Of a stretch of 64,000 bases of DNA, positions 52,089 through 60,946 are shown piece after piece. The DNA lies in the NCBI GenBank assembly GCA_045646345.1, contig JAZRKN010000001.1, forward strand, positions 224,001 through 288,000. The letters run 5' to 3'. A program made the position numbers and the translations under genes. Origin of the DNA: Candidatus Scatovivens sp. (GTDB taxonomy: Bacteria; Bacillota; Clostridia; TANB77; CAG-508). Each line of letters opens with the position of its first letter. Position 1 is the first letter of the stretch. The notes below the pieces were generated by a model. The model was not told the origin of the DNA. It did not search any database and saw only the letters and a list, made by a program, of their open reading frames with translations.

Positions 52089-53853
52089 ATTTTTTTACAT
52101 CTAATTTTATATGAACTTCTCTTAATTGTTTTTCAGTAACTTCTCCTGGTGCCCCCATTAATAAATCTTGTGCTTTTGAGTTCATTGGGAATGCAATAAC
52201 TTCTCTTATTGATTCTTCTCCTGCTAAAAGCATTAATATTCTATCAACACCTGGTGCAATACCAGCATGAGGTGGCGCTCCATAATGAAATGCTTTAAAT
52301 AATGCTGCAAATTTTGTTTTGATATCTTCTTCAGTGTATCCTGCAATTTCAAAAGCTTTAATCATAACTTCTGGATCATGGTTTCTTACTGCACCAGAAG
52401 AAAGTTCTATACCATTACATACAATATCATATTGATATGCATATATATCTAATGGATCTTTTGATTCCAATGCATCTAAACCACCTTGTGGCATTGAAAA
52501 TGGGTTATGACAAAAATCAATTTTTCCACTATCTGTTAATTCATACATTGGAAAATCAACTATCCAACAGAATTTATAAACTGAATCATCTATTAATCCT
52601 TGTCTTTTTCCTATTTCTTTTCTAATTTCTCCAGCTAGTTTTTCGACAATACCTTTATGCTCTGCTATAAAGAATACACTGTCTCCAACTTCTGTTCCAG
52701 TTTGTTTCATAAACTCTTTTCTTGATTCTTCATCAATAAATTTTGCAATCGGACCTTGCCATTCTCCATCTTCTAAGATTTTTATCCAAGCTAATCCTTT
52801 TGCTTTACATTCATCTATTGCAAATTCTGTCATACCATCATAGAAAGATCTTTCTACAGCTGCTCCTTTTGGAAGTGTAATTGTTCTTACTATTTTTCCA
52901 CTAAATACTTTTATATCTATTTTTTCAAAAATACTTGTTACATCTTTTATTTCTAATGGGTTTCTTAAATCTGGTTTATCAGAACCATATTTAAGCATAG
53001 CTTCTTCATATGCTATTCTTGGGAATGGATATTCAGCAACTTTTTTATCAGAAAATTTTGTAAATGTATCATACATAACTTTTTCCATTACTGAAAATAC
53101 ATCTTCTTGTGTAGCAAACGCCATTTCCATATCTAATTGATAGAATTCTCCTGGAGATCTATCTGCTCTTGAATCTTCATCTCTAAAACATGGTGCTATT
53201 TGGAAATATTTATCAACACCAGATACCATTAATAATTGTTTAAATTGTTGTGGTGCTTGTGGAAGCGCATAGAATTTTCCTGGATACATTCTACTTGGTA
53301 CTAAATAATCTCTCGCACCTTCTGGTGATGAACTTGTAAGGATTGGAGTTTGAACTTCTAAAAATCCTTGTTCTATCATTTTTAATCTTAAATATTGAAT
53401 TAATTCAGCTCTTAACTTTAAGTTTTCTAAGTTTTTTCTTTCTCTTAAATCTAAGAATCTATATTCTAGTCTTAAATCTTCTCTAACACTTCTACTTGAT
53501 TCAATTTCAAATGGAAGTTGTTTTGTTCTTTTTCCTAGAATTTCGATTTTATCTGCAAATAATTCTACAGTTCCAGTTTCTAATTTTAAGTTTACTGTTT
53601 CTTCATCTCTTAATCTTACTTTACCAGAAACTGATATTGTAGATTCAGTTGGAATTTTTGAGGCAAATTCAACTTTTTCCTCATCTCCTGAAACTACTAC
53701 TTGAGTTACTCCATATTGATCTCTTAAATCAATAAATAAAACTCCACCTAAATCTCTTATTGTGTCTACCCATCCTGCTAATTTGATTTCTTCTCCTACG
53801 TGTTTTTCACGAATTTCTGAACACTTATATGTTCTGTACTTGTTTCCTTTCAT
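52087..53853 (-). CDS. aspS: Aspartate--tRNA ligase
   Basis: PEGARDYLVPSR, LPQAPQQFKQLLM, CFRDED, GAPPHAGIAPGVDR. Confidence 0.98.
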   Translation of the reverse strand: MKGNKYRTYKCSEIREKHVGEEIKLAGWVDTIRDLGGVLFIDLRDQYGVTQVVVSGDEEKVEFASKIPTESTISVSGKVRLRDEETVNLKLETGTVELFADKIEILGKRTKQLPFEIESSRSVREDLRLEYRFLDLRERKNLENLKLRAELIQYLRLKMIEQGFLEVQTPILTSSSPEGARDYLVPSRMYPGKFYALPQAPQQFKQLLMVSGVDKYFQIAPCFRDEDSRADRSPGEFYQLDMEMAFATQEDVFSVMEKVMYDTFTKFSDKKVAEYPFPRIAYEEAMLKYGSDKPDLRNPLEIKDVTSIFEKIDIKVFSGKIVRTITLPKGAAVERSFYDGMTEFAIDECKAKGLAWIKILEDGEWQGPIAKFIDEESRKEFMKQTGTEVGDSVFFIAEHKGIVEKLAGEIRKEIGKRQGLIDDSVYKFCWIVDFPMYELTDSGKIDFCHNPFSMPQGGLDALESKDPLDIYAYQYDIVCNGIELSSGAVRNHDPEVMIKAFEIAGYTEEDIKTKFAALFKAFHYGAPPHAGIAPGVDRILMLLAGEESIREVIAFPMNSKAQDLLMGAPGEVTEKQLREVHIKLDVKK

Positions 53854-53892
53854 AATTTGCTCCTTTTCTTTTATAGGGACGTAAGTTATAAA

Positions 53893-54147
53893 ACAAAAGA
53901 GCCATCGTCTCTGTAACTTCTGTTACAGGGACGAAAGCTCATAACTTCCGCGGTGCCACCCTATTTGAAAATGTTTCAAGGAATAAAAACATTTCCCACT
54001 TTTAAAATAAAACATTGCATACAAAATTTACAATATTTTAAGTTTGCTCCAATGTGTTTCACATATCAACCTTTATTTAAAACGCTCTCAGCCAATGGCG
54101 TTTTTTCTCTGTAAAATAGTATTTGATAGCTTTCATCTTCATCGCAA
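53893..54147 (-). ncRNA. T-box riboswitch upstream of aspS
   Basis: GA motif, AGAGA bulge, GCTGAG apical loop, AGGGTGGCACCGCG T-box (53949-53962), terminator with U tract. Confidence 0.93.
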
Positions 54148-54293
54148 AATATTTAACTAATATTTATTATACACTATCTTCTAGTATTATGTCAAGTTTT
54201 TTGATTTTTATAAACATTAAAGCCTCATGTAAAACATGTCCGCTCTATTTCAACAAAAAAGAAGACATCTTTCGATACCTTCTTTTCATTATT

Positions 54294-55385
54294 TTATTCA
54301 TATACAAACCATAAGCCTTCTTTTTTTAACTTGTTTATCATTTGATTATGTTCTGTATTATTTTTAGTAAAATATACTTTTCCATTTTTATCAGCAACAA
54401 AATAATATGCATCCGTTTCGGTATAATCTAACGCAGCTTCTATAGCTGTTTTGCTTGGATTACATATTGGTCCAATCGGAATTTTTCCTCCCATATTTGG
54501 TCCTCTTGTATTATATGGATTTTCAGTATTCAATTCTTTTACTGTTAGATCTCTATCTCCCATATCTACTTTAAATGCATAGTATGTAGATACATCGCTT
54601 CCTAAACTCATCCCATCATATATTCTATTAAAAAACACTCCAACAATTTCTTTTCTATCTTCTAATGATTTTCCTTCAAGTTCTGCTAGCGAAGCCATTG
54701 TTAATAATTGATGCATTGTTAAGTCATTATTTTCAATATCTTCTTTATAAGTATTTAAGAATTTTTCAGTAAAGTTTAAGATAACATTAAAGATATATTT
54801 TACTGATACATCTTTGTTTTCAAAAACATATGTATCTGGTAATAAATAACCTTCTAAAGGATAATAAATATCTTTTTGTTTCACTTCGTCTGTTATAAAC
54901 CAATATTTTTCAATTAATGAATCAATATATTCTTCATCTTTTAATAAATCATATACATCTTTTTCGGTATTATTTGTTTTACTCGCAATTGTTTTTGCAA
55001 TCCATCTAATATTTTTACCTTCAATAAATGTAATTTTAACACTATCATCAGCAACTTCCCCATTAACAATATGAGTTACTATATCTTGAGTATTTTCTTC
55101 TGGACTCAAGTCATAAATACCAGCTTGAAGATTATTCAATCCATTAATTTTAGTATAAATTTTCATTGCAACTGCACTTTTAATAATTTTTGATTCTTGA
55201 AGCAATTCAGCAATTTGAGATGCTCCCATTCCTTCTTTTATTTCTACTCTTATAACTTCTTTTTCTTCATTTCCTGTAGGTTCTTTTAATGAATTTAGGC
55301 TCATATTATACCAAACTATCGCACCTACACAACCTATAACTACAAGTAATAAAACTACTATTATAAATTTTACAAATCCTTTCAT
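54294..55385 (-). CDS. mltG: Endolytic transglycosylase MltG
   Basis: LEGYLLPDTY, ASLAELE, NPYNT, GPICNP, YYFVAD. Confidence 0.95.
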   Translation of the reverse strand: MKGFVKFIIVVLLLVVIGCVGAIVWYNMSLNSLKEPTGNEEKEVIRVEIKEGMGASQIAELLQESKIIKSAVAMKIYTKINGLNNLQAGIYDLSPEENTQDIVTHIVNGEVADDSVKITFIEGKNIRWIAKTIASKTNNTEKDVYDLLKDEEYIDSLIEKYWFITDEVKQKDIYYPLEGYLLPDTYVFENKDVSVKYIFNVILNFTEKFLNTYKEDIENNDLTMHQLLTMASLAELEGKSLEDRKEIVGVFFNRIYDGMSLGSDVSTYYAFKVDMGDRDLTVKELNTENPYNTRGPNMGGKIPIGPICNPSKTAIEAALDYTETDAYYFVADKNGKVYFTKNNTEHNQMINKLKKEGLWFVYE

Positions 55386-55434
55386 TCATTCATCCTTATA
55401 TTATTATATTTAGATTTTTTAAAAACCTATAAAA

Positions 55435-56625
55435 CTATTTTTCAAGAATATAATCTACTACACCTTCTAATCTAGACTTGTCCAAATTATTATTTAATGT
55501 AACCGCTACAAGCAGTCCTTCTTCTTTAAATCTCGGAACTAATTCTAAAACAAATCTATAGAAACTATTAACATCATTTATAGAATCTAATTCTATATTT
55601 ACGCCTATATAATTGTATTTTAATAATTTTGTTTTTAAATCGTTTATAACAGTACTTCTTTGAGAATAACTTAGCAAATTATTAGATACACTGTCATTGT
55701 TTGAAAATGTTGGTAATATTTTTAATCCATTATTATCAGCCCAATTTTTATAAATAGAATATGTAGCAGTTGAACTTGTTGTTTTATCTAGTACTTTACT
55801 ATTTTTTTCTAAGTAGAAAAACGTTGGCGTTACTACATTCAATTTTTTACTATCTACATTCTCTACACTATCATATACTCCAGATATATTAGAATAATTT
55901 CTATATACATTTATTTTTGCTAATTCATTCTTTACATCTTCTCTGATTACTTTTTCTTCTGATAATTTATTTGTTTTTATATAACCAATATTTCCTAATG
56001 CTGTTCTTACTTTTTTATAATTCCCATCAGTTTCAATAATTATTAATTTGTCACCTATTATTACTTTTTCTAATTTAACTCCAAATAATCCTTTTTTAGT
56101 TTCTATTTTATTTCTTTTCATTACAGTAGCTTCAACTTTGGCTTTAGTTGTTGAATCCATTATAATTCTGTTACTTTTTTCAGAATATTTTATTTCCAAA
56201 TCATAAACATCTGACAAATCAGTAATTGGAATATATACTTCATTTTTTGTTTCGTATAATTTTCCATTTAGTTTTACTATTTCGTCATTTATTTCAGCAT
56301 ATTCTTCATCAACTTTTAATAAAGCAACATGCGTATTATATGTTGTTATTAATTCCTTTTCAGCTTGATTATAATAAATTGTTCCATCAAAAAGTTTTTG
56401 AATATCATCCTTTGAAAAGAATATATTTTTATTATCATCAATTATAGGTTCATCTAATAATTCTATAAACTCGTTATTTAATAAAATTGTTAATTCTTTA
56501 TATCTATTTTTATTTTTACTAATTTTAGAACAAATGCAAATCATTATTACTAATATTATTGCTACAGCTATAATAATGCAACCTCTTACTTTTTGCATGT
56601 TTAGTTTTCTTTCTTCTTTAATCAT
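55435..56625 (-). CDS. Membrane-anchored protein: copper-amine-oxidase-N-like domain, SH3-like domain and truncated GH18-like domain
   Basis: YIPI..L..VY, KVRT..G.IGYI, LNVVTPTFF, GVNIELD. Confidence 0.65.
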   Translation of the reverse strand: MIKEERKLNMQKVRGCIIIAVAIILVIMICICSKISKNKNRYKELTILLNNEFIELLDEPIIDDNKNIFFSKDDIQKLFDGTIYYNQAEKELITTYNTHVALLKVDEEYAEINDEIVKLNGKLYETKNEVYIPITDLSDVYDLEIKYSEKSNRIIMDSTTKAKVEATVMKRNKIETKKGLFGVKLEKVIIGDKLIIIETDGNYKKVRTALGNIGYIKTNKLSEEKVIREDVKNELAKINVYRNYSNISGVYDSVENVDSKKLNVVTPTFFYLEKNSKVLDKTTSSTATYSIYKNWADNNGLKILPTFSNNDSVSNNLLSYSQRSTVINDLKTKLLKYNYIGVNIELDSINDVNSFYRFVLELVPRFKEEGLLVAVTLNNNLDKSRLEGVVDYILEK

Positions 56626-56881
56626 TTGTTTTCTCCATATATTTTATTACCTTTTGGATTATATAATAAGCCTAAAAAAAAATCTACATTTTTTGACATA
56701 ATTTTATTCATCCAAAATTGGTTAAGTCTGAAAATATAGTTTTTTACAAGATTATATAATTTATTTGTAAAAAATATTATTTTTTTGTAACATTTTCATT
56801 AATTTGTTTGAATATTATAATATTATATTGTATAATAGAAATGAAGTTTATTATTCTTTTTAGAATAGATTGGAGGTTTAT

Positions 56882-57313
56882 ATGTGGCAATTTTGGTTAA
56901 TCGCAGCAGGATTCTTCATTGTTCTTGAAATCGCTACAATGGGATTCCTTGTATTTTGGTTTGCAATTGGTGCTTTAGCAGCATTAGTAATTAGCTTTGT
57001 AACTGATAGCATCTTAATCCAAGCATTAGTATTTTTAGTTGTATCAACTCTTTTACTATTTGCAACAAAACCACTTGTAAATAAATTTTTACCAAACGAT
57101 TCTTTAGTAAAAACAAATTCTTATTCTGTAGAAGGAAAAGTTGGAAAAGTAATAATTGACATTGAACCTATTGAAGGAAAAGGACAAGTAAAAGTTAGCG
57201 GTGAAACATGGTCTGCCAAATCAGCTGATGACACATATATTCCAAAAGATACAGAAGTTATTGTTGAAAAAATCGAAGGCGTAAAAGTTATAGTAAAACC
57301 ATTAAACAAATAA
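56882..57313 (+). CDS. NfeD family membrane protein
   Basis: Three TM helices plus GQVKVSGETWSA OB fold; paired with SPFH gene. Confidence 0.92.
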   Translation: MWQFWLIAAGFFIVLEIATMGFLVFWFAIGALAALVISFVTDSILIQALVFLVVSTLLLFATKPLVNKFLPNDSLVKTNSYSVEGKVGKVIIDIEPIEGKGQVKVSGETWSAKSADDTYIPKDTEVIVEKIEGVKVIVKPLNK

Positions 57314-57340
57314 AAAAATATATATTAGGAGGATTTTATA

Positions 57341-58252
57341 ATGGTAGTTATTTTAGTATTACTTGGTATCATAGCACTTATTGCTTACCATACCATAAAA
57401 GTTGTTAGACAATCTGAAGTTTATGTTATCGAAAGATTAGGTAGATTTCATAAAGTAGCAGATGCTGGTCTTACATTTATCATTCCACTTTTTGATAAAG
57501 TTCGTTCTGTTGTTAGTTTAAAACAACAAACAATGGATATTCCACCACAAGGAGTTATCACATCAGATAACGTTACAATCACAATTGATACAGTTGTGTT
57601 CTACAAAATTACAGATCCTGCAAAAGCAGTTTATGAAATTCAAAGTTTGAAAAAAGGTATTGAATACTTAGCAATCACAACAATTCGTGATATCGTTGGT
57701 AAAATGGAATTAGACGAAACATTCTCTTCTAGAGATCAAATCAATGATAGATTAAGAGTAATCTTAGACGAAGCTACAGATCCTTGGGGATGTAAAATCG
57801 ATAGAGTTGAAATTAAAGACATTACTCCACCAGCAGACATTAGAGATGCGATGGAAAAACAAATGAACGCAGAAAGAAATAAAAGAGCTTTAATTCTTCA
57901 AGCAGAAGGAGAAAGACAATCTGCAATCACTCTTGCTGAAGGTAGAAAAGAAGCTGCTATATTAGATGCTGAAGCTGATAGAGAATCTAGAATCAGAAGA
58001 GCTACTGGTGAAGCTGAAGCAATCAAACAAGTTGCTGAAGCTAAAGCTCAAGAAATTCAAAGAGTATATGATGCAATCAAAAAAGCTGATCCAAATGAAA
58101 AATTAGTTCAATTAAAATCATTAGAAGCACTTCAAGAAGTTGCTAAAGGTGAAGCTAATAAAATCTTTATTCCATTTGAAGCTACAAAAGCACTTAGCAG
58201 TTTAGGCGCTATGTCAGATGTTGTAAAAGAGAAAAAAACAAATAAAGAATAA
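57341..58252 (+). CDS. SPFH/band 7 (stomatin-like) protein
   Basis: VIERLGRF, ITSDNV, DEATDPWG, AMEKQMNAER. Confidence 0.95.
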   Translation: MVVILVLLGIIALIAYHTIKVVRQSEVYVIERLGRFHKVADAGLTFIIPLFDKVRSVVSLKQQTMDIPPQGVITSDNVTITIDTVVFYKITDPAKAVYEIQSLKKGIEYLAITTIRDIVGKMELDETFSSRDQINDRLRVILDEATDPWGCKIDRVEIKDITPPADIRDAMEKQMNAERNKRALILQAEGERQSAITLAEGRKEAAILDAEADRESRIRRATGEAEAIKQVAEAKAQEIQRVYDAIKKADPNEKLVQLKSLEALQEVAKGEANKIFIPFEATKALSSLGAMSDVVKEKKTNKE

Positions 58253-58260
58253 AAATACAT

Positions 58261-58292
58261 AAGAACTGAAAGTTAAGCTTTCAGTTCTTTTT
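58261..58292. terminator. Terminator between SPFH and cysteine desulfurase genes
   Basis: AAGAACTGAAAG-TTAAG-CTTTCAGTTCTT. Confidence 0.8.
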
Positions 58293-58294
58293 AT

Positions 58295-59437
58295 TTATCC
58301 ATATCTTAAATTTTCTATAATTTCTTCTAAACTTTCAATCAAATATTTTGTTTCTTCTAAATCATTATCTTTACCAAAAGTTATTCTCAAACCACTTCTT
58401 GCAAGATTTGTGGAAAGTCCAATCGCTACAAGAACTGGTGATGGATTCAATAGTCCTGCACTACATGCAGAACCACTTGATGCACAAATCCCTTTTTTAT
58501 CAAGTTCAGTTATTAACTTACTACCATCAACCCCTTTAAACAATATATTAGCATTTCCAGGTAATCTTTTTTCCAAATCCCCATTTATTTTTATATATTT
58601 AATTTTATTGCTTATTTCAGAAATATAAAAATCTCTTAAACTCCTGATTTTTTGATTATTTTTATCCATATTTGAAACAGCAAGTTCCAGTGCAGTTCCT
58701 ATTCCCACAATTCCAGGAACATTTTCAGTTCCAGCTCTTTTATTTTTTTCTTGATGTCCACCATCCTGAATTCTTATGAATGGGATATTTTCATTTATAT
58801 ATGCCGCACCAACACCTTTAGGTCCATAAAATTTATGTGCAGACAAAGAAAGAGCACCAATATTATATTTTCTCACGTCTATATCAATCGTTCCAATTGC
58901 TTGAACACTATCTGTATGAAAATAAACTCCATATTTTTTTGCTAACTCCCCTATCTCTTTTATTGGTTGAATAGTTCCTATTTCATTATTTGCAAACATT
59001 ATACTTATTAATATTGTGTTTTTATTAATACTCTTTTCTAATTCTTCTAAATCAACAATACCTTTTGAATCTACATTTATATAACTAATCTTAAATCCAA
59101 ATTTTTCTAAAAATGAGCACGTATTTAAAACAGCAGGATGTTCAATTTTACTTGTTATAATATGATTTCCTTTGTGTTTATTTGCAAATGCAATTCCTTT
59201 TATAATCATATTATTGCTTTCGCTACCACAACTCGTAAAATATAATTCATTAACTTTGCAACCTAATATATTTGCCATTTTCATTCTATAAATATTTATG
59301 ACTTCTTTATTTGATTTTCCAATACTATATATAGAAGAAGGATTTCCATATTCCTCATTAAAATACGGTATCATTGCTTCTAAAACCTTTTTATCAACTG
59401 GCGTTGTTGCAGAATGATCAAAATATTTTATTTTCAT
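58295..59437 (-). CDS. iscS: Cysteine desulfurase (IscS/NifS type)
   Basis: DHSATT, GNPSS, SAHKFYGPKG, RAGTEN, SSGSAC. Confidence 0.93.
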   Translation of the reverse strand: MKIKYFDHSATTPVDKKVLEAMIPYFNEEYGNPSSIYSIGKSNKEVINIYRMKMANILGCKVNELYFTSCGSESNNMIIKGIAFANKHKGNHIITSKIEHPAVLNTCSFLEKFGFKISYINVDSKGIVDLEELEKSINKNTILISIMFANNEIGTIQPIKEIGELAKKYGVYFHTDSVQAIGTIDIDVRKYNIGALSLSAHKFYGPKGVGAAYINENIPFIRIQDGGHQEKNKRAGTENVPGIVGIGTALELAVSNMDKNNQKIRSLRDFYISEISNKIKYIKINGDLEKRLPGNANILFKGVDGSKLITELDKKGICASSGSACSAGLLNPSPVLVAIGLSTNLARSGLRITFGKDNDLEETKYLIESLEEIIENLRYG

Positions 59438-59529
59438 TTCACACCTTCCTCCACTCTTAATTTATAACAATTATTTCTTTATATACTATGTAAAATTTTG
59501 AAAAATGTGAAAATAAAAAATCCCGAGAT

Positions 59530-59877
59530 TTATTCTTCTCGAGATTCCCATCTTTTTATTTTAATATCTTTATATTTATTTAAAATTTCCATATACTTTT
59601 GATAGTCTTCTTCCCAAAGTGCATCTGGCACTTTTCCAAAAGCATCAAAAATAGTATCTGCCTCTTTCAAAAACAATACTTGTTGTTGAGGAGTTAACTT
59701 TTCATATTTTATTGAAAATGCATATAATTTATTTAAAGTATCATTTGCTTTTATAAAAGACACAAAGTCATTAACTTCCATTCCAGCCATTTTTATTTGG
59801 TAAACTGCAAGAAGTGCTAAAAGCAATGCCATTGTAACTAAAACGCAAATTATTAGTATTGCTATCAAAAATAACAC
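59530..59877 (-). CDS. Hypothetical protein with N-terminal TM helix
   Basis: GTG start, hydrophobic N-terminus. Confidence 0.7.
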   Translation of the reverse strand: MLFLIAILIICVLVTMALLLALLAVYQIKMAGMEVNDFVSFIKANDTLNKLYAFSIKYEKLTPQQQVLFLKEADTIFDAFGKVPDALWEEDYQKYMEILNKYKDIKIKRWESREE

Positions 59878-60001
59878 CTATCTTTCTTTTGTTAAAACTA
59901 AAAAAATTATAACATATAGTTTTTTTTTAATCAATATCTTGTAAAATTTTTATTATATGATATCATTTGGTTTGTATTTTAATTTTTTAAAGAGGTAAAA
60001 A

Positions 60002-60874
60002 ATGGAATCAAAAAAATTTAAAGACATAAAAAATGCTGGTCTTGCTGGAATAATAGGAAATATATTCTTACTATTAATAAAAGGAGCAATCGGAATAATA
60101 ACACACAGTCAATCTATGATTGCAGATAGCGTTAATAGCGCCTCTGATATTATAGCTTCTCTTATGACTTTTATTGGTAATAAAATTTCAAGCGAACCAA
60201 AAGATAAAGATCATAACTTTGGTCATGGAAAAGCAGAATACATCTTTTCTTTATTTATAAGTATAACTATGATTTTAGTTTCTGTAAAATTATTAACAGA
60301 TTCTGTTGTTTCATTAATAAATAAATCTTATTTTGAATTTTCTTGGATTTTAATTATCGTTTGTATATTAACTATTGGTACTAAGCTAGGCTTATATATT
60401 TATACAAAAAATATGTTCAAAAAATATGATAACATACTACTAAAATCCAATTATAAAGATCATAAAAATGATTGCTTAGTTACTACTTGTACTTTAATTT
60501 CAATCATATTTGGATATTGGGGCATTTACTGGGTTGATGGTATAGTAGGTATTGGTATTTCAATTTGGATTTTAATAACAGGTATTGGTATATTTAATGA
60601 AAGTTATAACATTCTTATGGATGTTTCATTAGACGAAGAAACAAAGAAAACAATTATTGATTTAGTTAAACGTCATGATGATATAAAAAACTGTTATAAT
60701 TTATATTGCGCTCCTGTCGGTTATAAATATTTAGTTGTATTTACCATTGCTGTAGATGGAGATATGACAACTTATGATAGCCACAAACTAGCAAATCATT
60801 TAGAAAAAGATGTTGAAAAATTAGATAAAATTGATAAAGCAGTTGTTCACGTTCATCCAGTTAATTTAGATTAA
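60002..60874 (+). CDS. Cation diffusion facilitator family transporter
   Basis: SMIADS, HNFGHGKAE, DHKND, VHVHP. Confidence 0.93.
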   Translation: MESKKFKDIKNAGLAGIIGNIFLLLIKGAIGIITHSQSMIADSVNSASDIIASLMTFIGNKISSEPKDKDHNFGHGKAEYIFSLFISITMILVSVKLLTDSVVSLINKSYFEFSWILIIVCILTIGTKLGLYIYTKNMFKKYDNILLKSNYKDHKNDCLVTTCTLISIIFGYWGIYWVDGIVGIGISIWILITGIGIFNESYNILMDVSLDEETKKTIIDLVKRHDDIKNCYNLYCAPVGYKYLVVFTIAVDGDMTTYDSHKLANHLEKDVEKLDKIDKAVVHVHPVNLD

Positions 60875-60946
60875 TAAAAAAAGGGCCCAAATATAATATT
60901 GGGGCTCTTTTTATTTTTTTATATTAAAGGATTACAAAATTAACTG

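Noticed and set aside
54050-54062. CAC (His) as the aspS T-box specifier
   Set aside because: That register would use bases needed for the GATG/CATT stem, and the UGGC bulge matches G73 rather than C73 of tRNA-His
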